Part shown: piece by piece, positions 27,098-58,699 of the stretch
Layout: each line of letters opens with the position of its first letter
Position numbering within the stretch: the stretch's first letter is position 1
Assembly (NCBI RefSeq): GCF_018350175.1
Contig: NC_058369.1
Location: 9,922,001 to 9,986,000 of the forward strand
Reading direction: 5' to 3'
Origin: Felis catus
Taxonomy: Eukaryota
Length of the DNA stretch: 64,000 bases
The notes under the pieces: model-generated
The model's database searches: none
Seen by the model: only the letters and a program-made list of their open reading frames with translations
What the model was told of the DNA's origin: nothing
Program-made: the position numbers and the translations under genes

Positions 27098-27412
27098 TAG
27101 GTTGGGACACCCTGCCAGAGGTAACACGCACATCAGAGGAAACTGGTAGGGGCGCCAGGGAGTGCCCTCCGAATCCGCCGAAGGCCTGGAGAGGGTCAGC
27201 AGTCTGCTCCGGGGAAGATGAAATCGACCAGCTCCTCTTTGCGAAATTGACCATTCTCTTCTATAAAACTATTAGTCCACGTTGGGAAACACCACCACTG
27301 TCAATCCTGCCAGTGAAACTGTCCAGCCCTTCTCCGCCTAACTGCGAACTGAACTGGCCTCTGCCTCCGGCCTTTGCCGTTCGAGTAAATGCCTCGGCTA
27401 CCCTCACTCCCC

Positions 27413-27418
27413 AATAAA
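27413..27418 (+). terminator. MISP3 polyadenylation signal
   Basis: AATAAA about 320 nt after the stop. Confidence 0.6.
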
Positions 27419-28034
27419 GCCCCTTCTTTCTGGGCAGTGCAGGCTATTTTCCTCTGGGTCCTCTTACTTTGGGCTGGGGCGGGAGCGCGTTTGGCGGAAG
27501 AAGGCCTGAGGAAACCACAGGAGGTGCCAGCCGGAGTATGGAATGTGCCCTTATCGCCCAGTTCTGGGGCTGCTAGTCTCCCCCGGCCCGGCCCGGGTCC
27601 TGGTGCCCCCTGGCGGCGCGGGCGCGAACTGCGGTGTTCGGACAAACTGGCTCATGCCCTCCCTTTTTCCAGACTTCTTCAACATTTATTGTGCCAGTGC
27701 CAATGGTATGCCCGGGAGCTGGGCGCTGGCTAGACAGAGGTGATAAGAGGTTGTTCCTGATTTGGGGACGTAAGCAATACCTACAAAAAAAAAGGGGGGT
27801 GGTGGTGGCGGTGAGGGTGCAAACTTCTTTGCAGGGCATACAAAGCCATTTATGATCTGTCCAGCTGTTGCAAACCTCCCATGCGTGTAGACCCCAAATA
27901 TTAAGGAGAGAAATGGGGTATGCTGGGAAATGCCTTGTTTCAATGCGCAGGTAAGTGTTCCTCCATATCCGTAGTGAGTGAGCTTCTGACTTCCAAAAGC
28001 AAGGGGGAAACCTAGCCTTTAAAAGAGAAATCTC

Positions 28035-30800
28035 GGGGTGCCTAAGTGGCGCAGTCAGTTGAGTATCCGTGGCTTGATTTCGGCTCAGGTCATGATCCCA
28101 GGATCATGGGACCAAGGCCTCCCTGCTTCCCCTGCCCCTGCTGAGCTCTTCAGTGAGTGTGGAGCCTGCTTAAGATTCTCTCTCCCTCCCCCTCTCTCTC
28201 TCCCCCTCCCCCCCCCCGCCCATCTTCCTGGCTTGCATGCCCTCTCTCTCTTAAAAAAAAAAAAAAAAGAGGGGTGCCTGGTGGCTCAGTCGGTTAAGCA
28301 TCTGACCCTTGTTTTTGGTTCAGGTTATGATCTCACAGTTTGTGAGATTGAGCCCCACACCAGGCTCTGTGCTGGCAGTGCAGAGCCTGCTTGGGATTCT
28401 CTCTCTCTCCCTCTCTTTCTGCTCCTCCTCCAGTCATGCTGTCTCTTTCTCAAAATAAATACGTAAACTTAAAAAAATTTAAAAAAATTTTAATGTTAGA
28501 GAGAGAGAGCTAGAGCACAAGTGGGGGAGGGACAGAGAGAGAGGGGGAGACGCAGAATCTGAAGCCGGCCTCAGGCTCTGAGCTGTCCGCACACAGCTGA
28601 TGCGGGCATCGAACTTGTGAACCGTGAGATCATGACCTGAGCCAAAGTTAGTCGCTCAACCGACTGAGCCACCCAAATAAATAAACTTAAAAAAATGTTT
28701 TATTTATTTTTGAGAGAGACAGTGTAAGCACGGGAGGGTCAGAGAGAGAGGGGGGAACAGAGGATCTGAAGTGGGCTCTGTGCTGACAGCAGACAGCCTG
28801 ATGTGGGGCTCAGTCTCACAAACTGTGAGATCACGACCTAAGCCGAAGTTGGACGCTTAACCGACTGAGCCACCAAATGCCCCTAAATAAGTAAACTTTA
28901 AAAAAAAGAGAAAGAAAGAAATCTACTGAACTTTCTTTTTTTTTTTTTTTAACATTTATTTATTTTTGAGACAGAGAGAGACACAGCATGAACGGGGGAG
29001 GGGCAGAGAGAGAGGGAGACACAGAATCCGAAGCAGGCTCCAGGCTCTGAGCCACCAGCCCAGAGCCCGACGCGGGGCCCCAACTCACGGACCGCGAGAT
29101 CGCGACCTGGCTGAAGTTGGACGCTTAACCGACTGAGCCACCCAGGCACCCCTCTACTGAACTTTAAATGTGACTACTTAGAAATATTTTTAAATGGGGT
29201 GTGGGGCACAGGCATGTTAATAAGCAAAGCCTGTTTGTAGTAGAGCTTGTAGCTGTCAATTGCCAAGCCCTCCTTAATTTCCCTCCCAAGCCAGGGGGCT
29301 CAGGCCCCTCCCCCCGATGGAGTTGAAGAGTTTGTGGACACCCTAAGTTGAAAAAGTGTATCGTTGCAGTTGTATTCTGTGGTTTTAGGGTATCAGCTTC
29401 TTAGGGGTGCACTGAGACCCAGAAAAGACCCAGGAATGATTTAGAATCGTTGTTTAAACTCTTGGATTTGTCCAACACTGTATGCCCTGGGTCTAGCAAC
29501 AGACTTGATCCTACATAGGACAAGTGGCTAATGAAGAACTAAAGAATGCTCACACAGCATTGCACCCCAAGAGCAGCTCAGCCCAAGAAGGAACCACACC
29601 CCATCCCATCATCACCACACTGAGCACATGCTTGATGGTGACTTTCAAAGGTCTGGAGAGAAAACAAAGAGCCAGTGCTGCCAGGGTGGGAAATGGAAAC
29701 ACCCAGAGCACATTAAAAAATATATATATATTTTTTTGGGGGGGCGGGCAACGAGAGAAGAAGAGAATTTCAAGCAGGCTCTGCACTGTCAGTAAAGAGC
29801 TGGACATAGGGCTGGAACTCACGAGCTGCAAGATCATGACCTGAGCCGAAATCAAGAGTCACAGGCTCAACTGACTGAGCCTCCCGGGGGGGCCCAGCAT
29901 CTGTATTTGTTAAAGCTCTACGGGTGCTTTCCACATGGAGCCAAGTTGGAGGACCATCATGTAGATGTAGGCCAGCAGTCCTCAAAGTGTAGTGCCTGGA
30001 CCAGCAGCATCAGATTTTGGCTTGGGATTTTGTCAACAAACACACATTCTTGGGTCCCACCCCAGACTTAAAAATCAAACCTTCCACAGGATTCCACACT
30101 CAAGTTGGAGAATCATGCGTATAGATAGTTCCTGAGCGACAGGATCCAGGAAATCAGGCCTGTTTCTTTCCTCTCCCAGCACCTCACACCAGAAACCTTT
30201 AATGTTTATTTATTTTTGAGAGAGACAGAGAGAGAGCACGGACTTAAGCAGGGGAGGGCAGAGAGGGAGACAGAATCTGAAGAAGGCTCCAGGCTGCGAG
30301 CTGCCAGCATGGAGCCCAACGTGGGGCTCGAACTCACGGACTGAGAGATCCTGACCTGAGCGCAAGTTGGATGCTTAACCGACTAAGCCACCCAGGTGCC
30401 CCCAGAAGCCTTTAGTCTTAAGTGGCCTGTGGATTTGTCTTAAGGGAGACAGTCTCAAGCTATGTGTGGCTGGTCTGAACTGAAATATGCTGGAAGTATG
30501 AAATACCAGATTGCAAAAACTCAGTACCCCCAAAAGGGAAATATCTCACCCATAGTTTCTCGCATAGATTATAGGTTGAAATAATATTTTGGATATGTTG
30601 GGTTAAATAAAAATATCACTAAAATTAACCTGACCTTATTTTTTTTTTACCTCATTTTTAATTTTTATTATTTTGAGACACAGAGAGGGAGACAGAATCT
30701 CAAGCAGAGCCCCATGAGGGGCTCAAACTCAAGAATGGTGAGATCATAACCTGAGTGGAAGAGTTGGATGCTTAACGGGCTAAGCCACTCAGGCGTCCCT
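28035..30800. mobile_element. Can-SINE cluster (28035-28268 +, 28271-28480 +, 28485-28675 -, 28695-28884 -, 28935-29152 -, 29730-29890 -, 30197-30403 -, 30640-30800 -) with MER5/MER33-like DNA transposon fragments
   Basis: SINEC motifs. The 28935-29152 copy has TSD TCTACTGAACTTT (28922-28934 / 29153-29165). Confidence 0.85.
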
Positions 30801-31579
30801 TTACCTCATTTTTCATATGTGGTTACTAGAAAGTTTGAAATTACATGTGACTTGCGTTTTGGGCTCAATTTAAACTTCTATTTAATTAAGCTAGAGTCTT
30901 ACAGTGTATGTCACAGGGACTAACTTAAATCAGTATTAGGCAGCTTCAGAATCCCCTTGAACTCATTCAGACCAAAAAATCTTTGATGAAATCAGAAATT
31001 GTCACCAGAAGCTGTCTCCCCCCGCCCCCCCCCCCAAAGATAAAAGGTTTTGGCGTCCAGTCTTGATTCATTTTACCTCTCACGCCCGTTTTTGTCATCT
31101 TAAGCTGGTGCTTACAATACTATGTGCCTTTGTGCCTGGGAGTTTTAGGTAAGCGAGTGCTTTGCTCAAAAGCATAAATGCTAGGTCTCTCCTCCGACGA
31201 CTCCAAAAATGTTACCAGGAATGAAAAGGCAGCCCCTACGGGGGTAACTGGCAGATGAGTGACACCCGGGTCAGGAATGACACCCTTCCCTTCGCAAGGG
31301 ACCAGCTGTAATCAGAAAGACCCGGTTCAGGATGGAGCTCCGCCACTCGCGCGCTGTAGCTTTCGAAGAGGTGAGTTCACTTCTCTCAACCCGTGACTCC
31401 TTTCCAGTCCAAGGTTGGAGTGGAGCTTAGAGATCCCAAGCTGGAGTTCCTTACGGCTTTCCCATCCCGCGCGCGCCCCGGACACCCCGCGAAGTAAGAT
31501 GACCTGCCCACTCCACGACCCAAAAGCTGGAAGAGGAAGATTTGACTCTGGCCTTTAGGAAACTGATCACGGGCCCTTT

Positions 31580-31870
31580 GCTGATGCACGTCGGGAAATA
31601 TAGTCTCTTCGGTAAAAAGAAGTCACTTCCGGGTCAAAATATGAGAGTGGGCGTGGCCCCGGGGGTCCCTTCCCCCATTGGGCGTTGAATTTCCCGGCTA
31701 CCCAAAACTTGAGGTTTTCTGGGTTCCGGTTGTTGACAGGCACTGCTACTTCCCTTTTAGCTTCATGTGCGCCTCTGCGCATGCCTTGAGAGCTGGTCCG
31801 CCAGTCAGGGGACTTTGGTTTTGTTTCAAAGACTACATTTCCCAGAAGGCCGCGCAGGTGGGCGGGGCCT
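31580..31870. promoter_or_regulatory. Housekeeping-type promoter motif cluster (2x ZNF143/THAP11, ETS, NRF1, GC box) with no adjacent annotated 5' end
   Basis: GACTACATTTCCCAGAAGGC 31831-31850; reverse-strand GACTATATTTCCCGAC 31590-31605; CACTTCCGG 31624-31632; TGCGCATGC 31776-31784; GGGCGGGG 31860-31867. Confidence 0.6.
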
Positions 31871-31935
31871 CCTCGCCCCAAGGGGTGGGGCGCGGCGCAC
31901 CGAGCGGACGCCGAGCCTGTGACCTCTTTCTTTCT

Positions 31936-31941
31936 TTTATT
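31936..31941 (-). terminator. C19orf67 polyadenylation signal
   Basis: TTTATT on + strand about 190 nt past the stop. Confidence 0.6.
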
Positions 31942-32130
31942 TAACGCAAAACTGGTGTGTCCCCGCGCAGGGCTTCGCGGCCAGGTCGGACCCGGTGCGA
32001 ACGGGCCAGCTTGGCCTGGCCCCTTGGAAGGCGAGGCCGAGGTGCACTAGGAGAACGAGTGAGCCCCTCCCCTGCTCCCTCTCCTGGAGTTTGGAACTGT
32101 CAGGCTCCGGCTCCCATTCTCTCTCCAGGT

Positions 32131-35350
<3,220 letters not shown>

Positions 35351-36149
35351 GAAGTCTCTGACTCTCTGGCTCCAGAATCTGTATATTAAAAAACAAACAA
35401 ACAAACAAAACCCCCCAAAACACTACTCTAATGGAGTTGAGAAACTGCATTAGAACTTAGTGGGGATTGGGATATCAGTGGCTGCTTTCTACGGATAACA
35501 ATCCTAAAAATCTTCACTTGGAAAAACGTGCGTGTCCCATGGTCTCATCCCTTCTGTTCCTCTTACTGGTGAGGACCGGTGAAGCCTGGAGACCCTACCA
35601 TGGGCCCAAGACAGACCCCTGCCCCCAATAGTTATAGACTGGATTCTTGGTGGCTTGCAAAGGCTGACTACATACGGCTATAAAGCTAAATAATTACATT
35701 TAAAAAGACTCTGGGTAAAGAACTCAGACAGGTGTCTGACCCCACCCTGTGTGACCCTGAGCAAGCATCTTTGCTGTGCTGAGCCAGTTGCCTCTTCTGG
35801 AAAGTGGGTTTTTATGAGCTCTCTGCCTCACTGGGCTGGGGAGAGAACAACCGAGAAAATGCTCATAAAGCCTAGTTAACTGCTGGTCACTCAACAAGTA
35901 TTTGAGCACCTACTGTGTGCCAGAGCACTGTTCTGAGCCTGGGGAGAGGACGGCACCTGATCTCCTGGAGCACTTCGGGTTCTAGCTGGCTGTGAGGCAG
36001 CCCCGTGCCCTACCTGGCTTCCTCCTCCAACAACTCTGTGTTAACCTAGACTCTCCCCGGAGGGCCCCCCCCCCCCCCCGTTTGCTCTTCACCCCCCTCC
36101 CCCACTCCATTCATGAAGTGAACGCCCGGCATTTTTTTTTTTTTAAAAC

Positions 36150-36155
36150 TTTATT
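36150..36155 (-). terminator. SAMD1 polyadenylation signal
   Basis: TTTATT on + strand about 555 nt past the stop. Confidence 0.6.
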
Positions 36156-36710
36156 TAAAAAACCTTCGGTGCAATATTAAAAAGCAATACGGCCAGCTGG
36201 AGCGACAACCAACAGAAAGAAAGAGGGTTAGGGAAGACCCAGGGACCCCACCCCGGCTATTCCCAGGGGCTGGAGGCCAGGGGCAGACCGGGATGGGGCG
36301 TGGGTGGTGGGGGAGAGAGGAAAGGCCACCCACCAAAATGAACAGGCAGAACAAAACATTTATATAGGAAACATCTGGCTGAACTGAAGAGGACCTAGGG
36401 GAGATGGGAAGCCCCCATTTTTTTTTTTCAAAAATGTCCTAGACTTGGGGGGGGGGAGAGGTTGGCTTCCTGGGGTGAAATGAGCAGGCCCTGTTCTCAC
36501 CCCACACTCCTCTATCATGGAGTACAGGATGTGCTGGGGGCCAAATGTATGTATGCTGGGGAAACACAGGGAAGAGAGGAGTAGGGAGGAACACCCCCTC
36601 ACTGGAATCTGTTAGGAGGGCTGAGAGCGTCCCCATCCAGCTCCTGGACTCTGGGGGTTTCGGGTGAGATGGGGGCTGGAATGGGTTGGGGCAGGGGAGA
36701 GGCTGGGTGC

Positions 36711-39058
36711 TCAGCCTAGAAAGCCATCGGGGTCGTCATCCTCAAAGTGGCCTTGCTGCAGCACCTTGATGTGGTGCTCGTAGATTTTCAGGGCTGGGCC
36801 CAGGCGGATGGACAGGCCAGTCAGCACATCTGTGCGCTGCATGAGCAGCAAAGACTTGCCATCGATTTCCTGGGTGGGACAGACAGACAGAGTCAGAGCA
36901 GATCCCCCTTCCCCCCACCACTGAGGCCCTGGGATAGAGAGGGGTACATTGAGGGTTGGGAACTCACCTGCTCTTGGAAAGCTGTTGCCTGCTCGGGGAA
37001 GCCGGCCTCAGTGAAGTACTCGACCACGTCCATCACTGTCCACTCCACAGGGTCAGCCGGCTTCTCTTTGCGCCCAGAACTGTGGCAGAACAAGGGGAAC
37101 CAGTGAGTAGCGATAACTCCTCTGGTTCTATCACACGTCGGTAGGCAACATGCCCATGGCTCAAATACCCCAACTTACGGACAGCCAAAGGGGGTCCCAT
37201 CAGCCCCAGGGAGGGCTGGTTTTCCTGGGGGCAAAGGCACAGGGGACGGGGAGTCTGGCCCAGTGGCAGCAGAGGCTGGGAAAGAAAAAGCACATGCCTG
37301 TGGCTTTGTCTTGGGGCTCAGTTCCTCCCCATCAGGCAACCTTCCCCAACTCAGAGAGATCCTTACCTGATCCCCCTTCCTTATTCATGGCTGCCATGGA
37401 GAACACTTGGCGGGTACCACTGCCTGGTGCTGGCCCCCGGCCCTCATCCTGGCCCTGGAGGGGTCCACAGGGTGTCCACTCCTTGACCCTCTCCTTGGCA
37501 CTCTGAGGGCCTCGCTCGCCATTAAGCTGGTGGTGCTGGGCACCTGCTGGACGGTCACCCTCCGGCACTTCGGATCCCTCTGACACATCGTCTTCATCAT
37601 CTTCATCTTCATCATCTTCTTCCTCTTCTTCCTTCTCAAGCACCCGCTCTTCTCCACCTCTCTGGTGCCCGGGAGAGAAGCAGGAAAAGGTTAGTGGCTG
37701 TTCTGGCCTTTCGCCCAGTCCCTGTGATCCAGGATCGAGGGGTGTGCTTACCACCCACCTTTAATATCAACGCGGACTAACTTTTACGCATTCAGTCCGT
37801 GCCACGCTCTGTGTTAATAAAGCCCTCAGTAGCCAAATCTCACTAAACTCGCTCAACCACCTCAAGGGGTCGCTACTGCTATTAAGTCGCGTTGTACAAG
37901 CAGAGGAAACTGAGGCTCGGGAAGATTAAGTCACTTGCCAAGGTCACCACGGGCCGAACCCGCAGGGGAGACGCGAAAAGCCAAGGCCGCCCGCCACCCG
38001 GTTCCTCCCGGGACTCGCGCCCCACCACCAACTTCGCCCGCACCTGCCTACAGCGCGGCACCCACCCCCCCACCCCGCCCTTTCCCCGGCGCGCTCACCT
38101 TGCTCCGCGACGCGCGGGCGCTGGCGGCCGGCGGCGCCCGTCCGGGCCTGTCCCCGCGGGGCAGTGCGAGCGCTCCGAGGCGGGTGCGCTCCAGGCGGCC
38201 CCGCGCTGCCGCCTCTTCCTCCAGCAACCCCTGCACGCGGCCGCGGGTCAGGCGACCGCCGGCGCCGCCGCTGCCCCCGAGGTAGCGCACGACTTCCCGC
38301 AGGCTCACGGGCCGCGCCGGGCCGCCGGCCCGCGCCGCGCCCCCCTCCGGCGGCTGCTGTGGCTGCGGCGGCGGCGGCTGCTGCTGCTGTGGCGGCGCCG
38401 GCGGCTGTGGCGGCGGCGGCAGCGGCGGCTCCCGGGCGGCGACGGCGGGCGGGGGGGCGCGGCGCGGGCCGGCCGGGGGCGCCACTGCCGGAGGAGCGGC
38501 AGGCGCGGGCGGCGGCGCGGCCAGGGGCGCGGCCCGCTGCGCGCGGGGGCCCGGCTGCGCGGGGCCGGGCGAGGGGGGCGCTGTGGCGGCGGCAGCGGCG
38601 GCCGCGCGGGGCGCCCGGGCCGGGGCGGCGGCGGCGACGGGCGCGGGCGGTGGCGGCGGGGCGGGCGTGGGCGGCGGCGCGGCGGCGGCGGCGGCGGCGG
38701 CTGGGCCCCCGCGGGGGGCGCGCGGCGGGGCCGGCGGGGTGGCTCCGCGCCGGGGCGGCTGGACGCGCGCCGCGTTGCGGTACGAGATGCTCCCCTTGTA
38801 GCTGACCCGGAGCACGGCGCGCTGCTGGATCAGTTTCTCGAGCTCGGCGCGCGTGCGCTCCGGCTCCGGGCCGTGCCGCCGCCGCACCATCCGGCAGATG
38901 CGCTCCAGGTCCGGCCGCGCCTTGCGCGAGCGCAGCGAGTCGATGGTGTCCAGGATCCACTCTTGGTAGTGCGGGGAAGCGGCGGACGACGAGGCAGCGG
39001 CCGCCGTGGTGGCGGCCGCCGCCGTCTCCGGCGGGGGTAGGGCCGGGGGCCCCGCCAT
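36711..39058 (-). CDS. SAMD1: Sterile alpha motif domain-containing protein 1 (atherin), 540 aa; N-terminal winged helix, acidic tract, C-terminal SAM domain
   Basis: Exons 39058-38099 ([58 protein letters not shown]), 37661-37367 ([17 protein letters not shown]), 37275-37179, 37079-36968 ([19 protein letters not shown]), 36869-36711 ([38 protein letters not shown]). Total 1623 nt. Confidence 0.95.
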
Positions 39059-40220
39059 GCCTCCCGCCCGGCCCGGCTGCACCGTGCGCGCTGCCTCCCT
39101 CCCAGCGCGGCGCCCCCCTCTCCGGCTCCCCTCCCTCCGCCGCTGCCCGCCTCCTCCGCCTCCCCCCCCGGGGGGCGCAGCGCCTCGGCGGAGCGGCGGC
39201 GGCGCTGCTGTTTCTTTGCAAAAAAAAAAAAAAAAAAAAAAAAAGCGAGAGAGAGGGAGCGAGAGAGAGAAAAAACAGTGAGAGAGAAAGAAAAGAGAGA
39301 AAAAAATATGCACACACTCACTCACTCGCACGCACGCACACACAGACCCGCTTCTGCTGGGCGCGCGCGGGGCCGGGGATGCGAGGAGGGAGGAGGGGAG
39401 CGCGGCGCGGCCGGCCCCTCCCCGCCGCCGCCGCCGCCGCACGCGCGCCCTGCGCCCGGGACACTCCGGCCCCCCTTCCTTCCCTCCCTCCCTCCTCCCC
39501 GCCGCCCGCCTTCCTCCCTCCCACCCCCACGCGCCCGCTTTTAAGGTGGAGCTCGGGCCCCCCGCCCGCCCCCTTTACCCTGCGCTCTCGCTCACTCTGG
39601 CTCGCTCCGGCCCCCCCTTACAACTCCCGCGCGCTTTTTAAGGAGGCGCCGTGGAGTTGGCGCCGGGGCGGGGGCGGGGGAAAGCGGCGGGCGGGGGAGG
39701 GGGAGGGGAGCGCCGGGGGGAGGGGAGAGGGGGCGGGCGGGGCGGGCGGGCGGCGCTCGGCCGCCCTCCAGCCATTGGGCGCGGGACCCAGACGTCCCCG
39801 GCGCCCAGCCCCCCTCTCCACGCCTCCCCGGCGCGCTCCGCTCTCGGGACCGCACTTACCGGGAACTCGCCGCCCGCGGGCCGGGCCGCTGCGCTTGCCG
39901 GGCGCCGCGGGGACCCTCGGACTGTCGCCGCCCCCGCGCCCCAACGGCGCGCTTGTCCCCGCGCTCCGCGCCGAGGATGCGGGGAGGGGGGCGCGCACCG
40001 TCTCCCCCACCCTTTACCCCCCCCCTTGCCGGGGCCGCCTCCGCCGCCGCTCGGCCTCCCGGCGCGCCGGCCCCAGCGTCTCCCTAGAGCGCCCTCTCGG
40101 CCGGGGGCTGGACGCCGAGGGGGCGCGCCACAGATTCGGGAACCCCGAATCCAGGGTCAAAGGGCAGTTTGGCGCCCCCCTCTCCTGCAGGGCGGGGTAG
40201 TGGCGGAATTCCGGCTAAAC
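37930..40220. promoter_or_regulatory. Large CpG island covering SAMD1 exon 1 and promoter
   Basis: Very high GC and CpG content, multiple GC boxes, CCAAT (minus strand) near 39774. Confidence 0.85.
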
Positions 40221-40359
40221 CCGGTTTTACAAAGACTCCAGGCCAGGTCCTGATCAGCCTGGACGTTGGGGTCAGAAATGGTCTTTCCAAACCCCTGGGG
40301 GTGTGTGGGTGGGTGACCGAAGTCGGGAACACCAGCGACACTTTTTTTTTAAACAAAAC

Positions 40360-40365
40360 TTTATT
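40360..40365 (-). terminator. PRKACA polyadenylation signal (3'UTR about 1.5 kb)
   Basis: TTTATT on + strand after a long 3'UTR-like stretch from the stop at 41824. Confidence 0.65.
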
Positions 40366-41728
40366 GGTAATAGTTTTCAAATATGTTTACAACAGCACAC
40401 TGTTCAAGAGGAAGTCGCGTCCTTCGCAGCACACAGGTTGAATCGCCCCCGCGCCCACCCGGGGCCCCACCCTAGGCCTGAGAGCTCCTCCTGGTTGGGG
40501 AGAAGTTATGAGAGACAGATATGGGGATGAATGGGGTGGTTCCCCAGGGGCTCCCCACTTTTCTGTTGAGAGAGAAAAAAGCACAAATGGGGGGGAGAAG
40601 TGATGGACAGCTGACAGCTAAGCAGAGGAGGAGCGCCCAGGTTGGGGGGAGGGGGGGGCGGAGGCTGCTAGGTGAATAAAACCGGCAGCCCCTCCCCAGC
40701 AACCCTGGCCTTGAACCCGGGGCCACAAGAGGGAGGAGGGCTTTGCCTTCTTTTGCTGGGGTTGCCTTCCCAACTGAGCTGAGAGGAGGCTGGGCATTAA
40801 AATCTAGCTGAGAATAAAATTCAAGAGTTTGGGGCGAATGCTGGTGGGAGGAAAGACCCTGGGGTTGGGGCTCCCCTTCTATCTTTTTGGGGGGCAACTC
40901 CTCTTTGGCAGGGAGAGGGGCAGCTGCTTTGTCTCGGTCCCGAAGCCCAAGGGTGAAGAAAGGTCTGTTGGGGCAGAAGGGGATAGGGGCTTCCTAAAGG
41001 GGCTGAGACCCTTCCAGGCTTAGCAGGGGACACCCGCCCCCCCCAAGGTGGGGGGAGTGGGCAGAGGAGCAGAGGAGATTAGCAGCTTGGGGCGGAGGTT
41101 TGAACCCCAGCTCCTTCCTTTACAAATTCAGTCTGCTTCTCAGCCTAGTTAAAATGGATTTGGGAAGTGGGGGGCATGGAAGGGGTAAGGGTAGAGGAAG
41201 GAGGGACGGAGGCACTGGTGGAACTTAAATAAGAGTATACAAATTTTTTTTTTTTTTTTTTTTTAAATTCTAGCAAGCAGCCCACTGAACAGGTCACTAA
41301 AATCTCTCCTCTCCAGTCACCACTGCTCTGAAGAGAAGGCTGGCCTTTCCTTCATTAGTTGGTGATGCCTGTGGTTTGGGGGAATGGGGATGGAGTTAAG
41401 TTTGGGCCTCTCTTTGCACACCCTGTCCCTGAATACACCAGCAAGACGTGGTCTGACTGGAACTCAGAAACTCATTTAAAACAGGCAGAAGTAGGCTGGT
41501 TGGGGGTGGTGGGGGGCTTTAGGGGAGGAGGAAGGCAAAAGCAGTTGGGTCTGGGTGTGGGAGCAGGAGGGTGAGGGAATGAGGGGGAGCAGCTGGTGTT
41601 TCCATCCCTCCATGTATCTGGGCTTCCTGCTCCCCCCTACCCTGGAGGGTGGGGTGGGGGTGAAATTAGATGCAAGGAACTCTGGGGCCCTCTGGCTGTT
41701 CAATCCAACCCTCCCACCCACCCCCCAC

Positions 41729-41729
<1 letters not shown>

Positions 41730-41776
<47 letters not shown>
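41730..41776. repeat. A47 homopolymer (U47 in the PRKACA 3'UTR)
   Basis: Counted directly from the sequence. Confidence 0.9.
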
Positions 41777-41778
<2 letters not shown>

Positions 41779-41823
41779 AAGAAGAAAGAAAGAGAGAAAA
41801 CCCATGGGGGCATAGGCACACCC

Positions 41824-57543
<15,720 letters not shown>

Positions 57544-58699
57544 CGCGGCGACGGCGGCCGGGGCCGGTCCCGGAGCTGCGGCGCGGCGGGTGCTGGCGGC
57601 GGCCGGCGGCCCCGGAGCGCGCTGGGCGGCGGCGGCGGCCCCTCGGGTTGGCTGCGCTGGCTGCGGCGCCGCGACCCCCGCCCAGCCCCTGCTTCCCGCG
57701 TCTCTCCGCGCCCGCCCGCCCGGGAACCTCAGCCCAAGTCCGCTGCTGCTGTCCGTGACGCCCCCGCAGCCCTCCGCTCATTGGCCTAGGCCGCCCTGAG
57801 TGACGGCGCCGCGCCGCTGCCCATTGGCCCTACACGACCCTCCCGAGCCTCCATAGGCCCTCGGCCCCGTGACGCCTTCCGCGGACGCCCCACCACTCGC
57901 GAGCTTGCGAGGCCTCAGCTGGGCGGGCCGGCGCACCTGATTGGCTAAGGTTCCCGACAGGGCCCTTGGCCAGCCCACCAAGGCCGCCAATTGGCGGAGG
58001 CGAGCCGTCCGGCAAACCCCCCGCAGAACGTTCAGTGTCAATCCCGGGGTGAGAGGGCGGGGCGGAGATGCAGCCTACCGCCCGGGCCGGCCGGGCGGGG
58101 CGGCAGAGGCTGGCGGGCAGCCGCGCCGCGCTCGAGGCCCAGGAGGCGGTCCAGGCGAGCGCCCGCCTGGCCTCGTACGCGCCGCAGTCCCCCGCCTCCG
58201 CTCAGTGCGGCAGCGGCCGCCGGCCAGCCGAGGTTGGCGCCAGGGCCTCCCCCCACCCTCCCGGCGCAGCCTCTGTCCACCTGCCAGCGGGGGAGGGGTG
58301 CGGCGGGCGCCTCGGGTCAGAGGTCGCCGGGCCGCAGGCAGTCGTCATTCATAAGGCCTGGCGCAGGATATCAGGGTCCAGGCCGAGGAGCCTTCTGGGT
58401 CTCCCCCAGCCACAGCCAGATCTTCAGGAGGATGCTGGGCCCCGGGAACAGGGGATGGTTGGAAGGGGGCTCTGTGTCTATCCCTTTGCTGGGCATCTAC
58501 CCTGGGCTTGTGTGCGTCAGTAGTAAGAGCTGGCACTCGTTAAATAAATTACTTTTCACCACACTCCTATCACGGAGGTACTATTAGCATCACTCCCATT
58601 TTACAGATGAGGAGTCTGGGGCATAGCCAGGCTAAGGATTCCTTTTGTCCCAGAACAATAAAGATGACCATTTTTCTGGGTGCCCTTTTAAAACACAGC

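Noticed and set aside
37179..37275. Apparent frameshift in SAMD1 exon 3
   Set aside because: Re-reading gives the intact [15 protein letters not shown] frame.
37892..40253. Long Arg/Gly/Ala/Pro-rich ORFs (382, 457, 273, 213, 200 aa)
   Set aside because: Alternative or antisense frames of the stop-poor SAMD1 CpG island; only the [10 protein letters not shown] frame matches a known protein.
57991..58662. Divergent 198-aa and 151-aa ORFs upstream of PRKACA
   Set aside because: GC-rich CpG-island frames with no recognisable domain; at most a promoter-upstream non-coding transcript.
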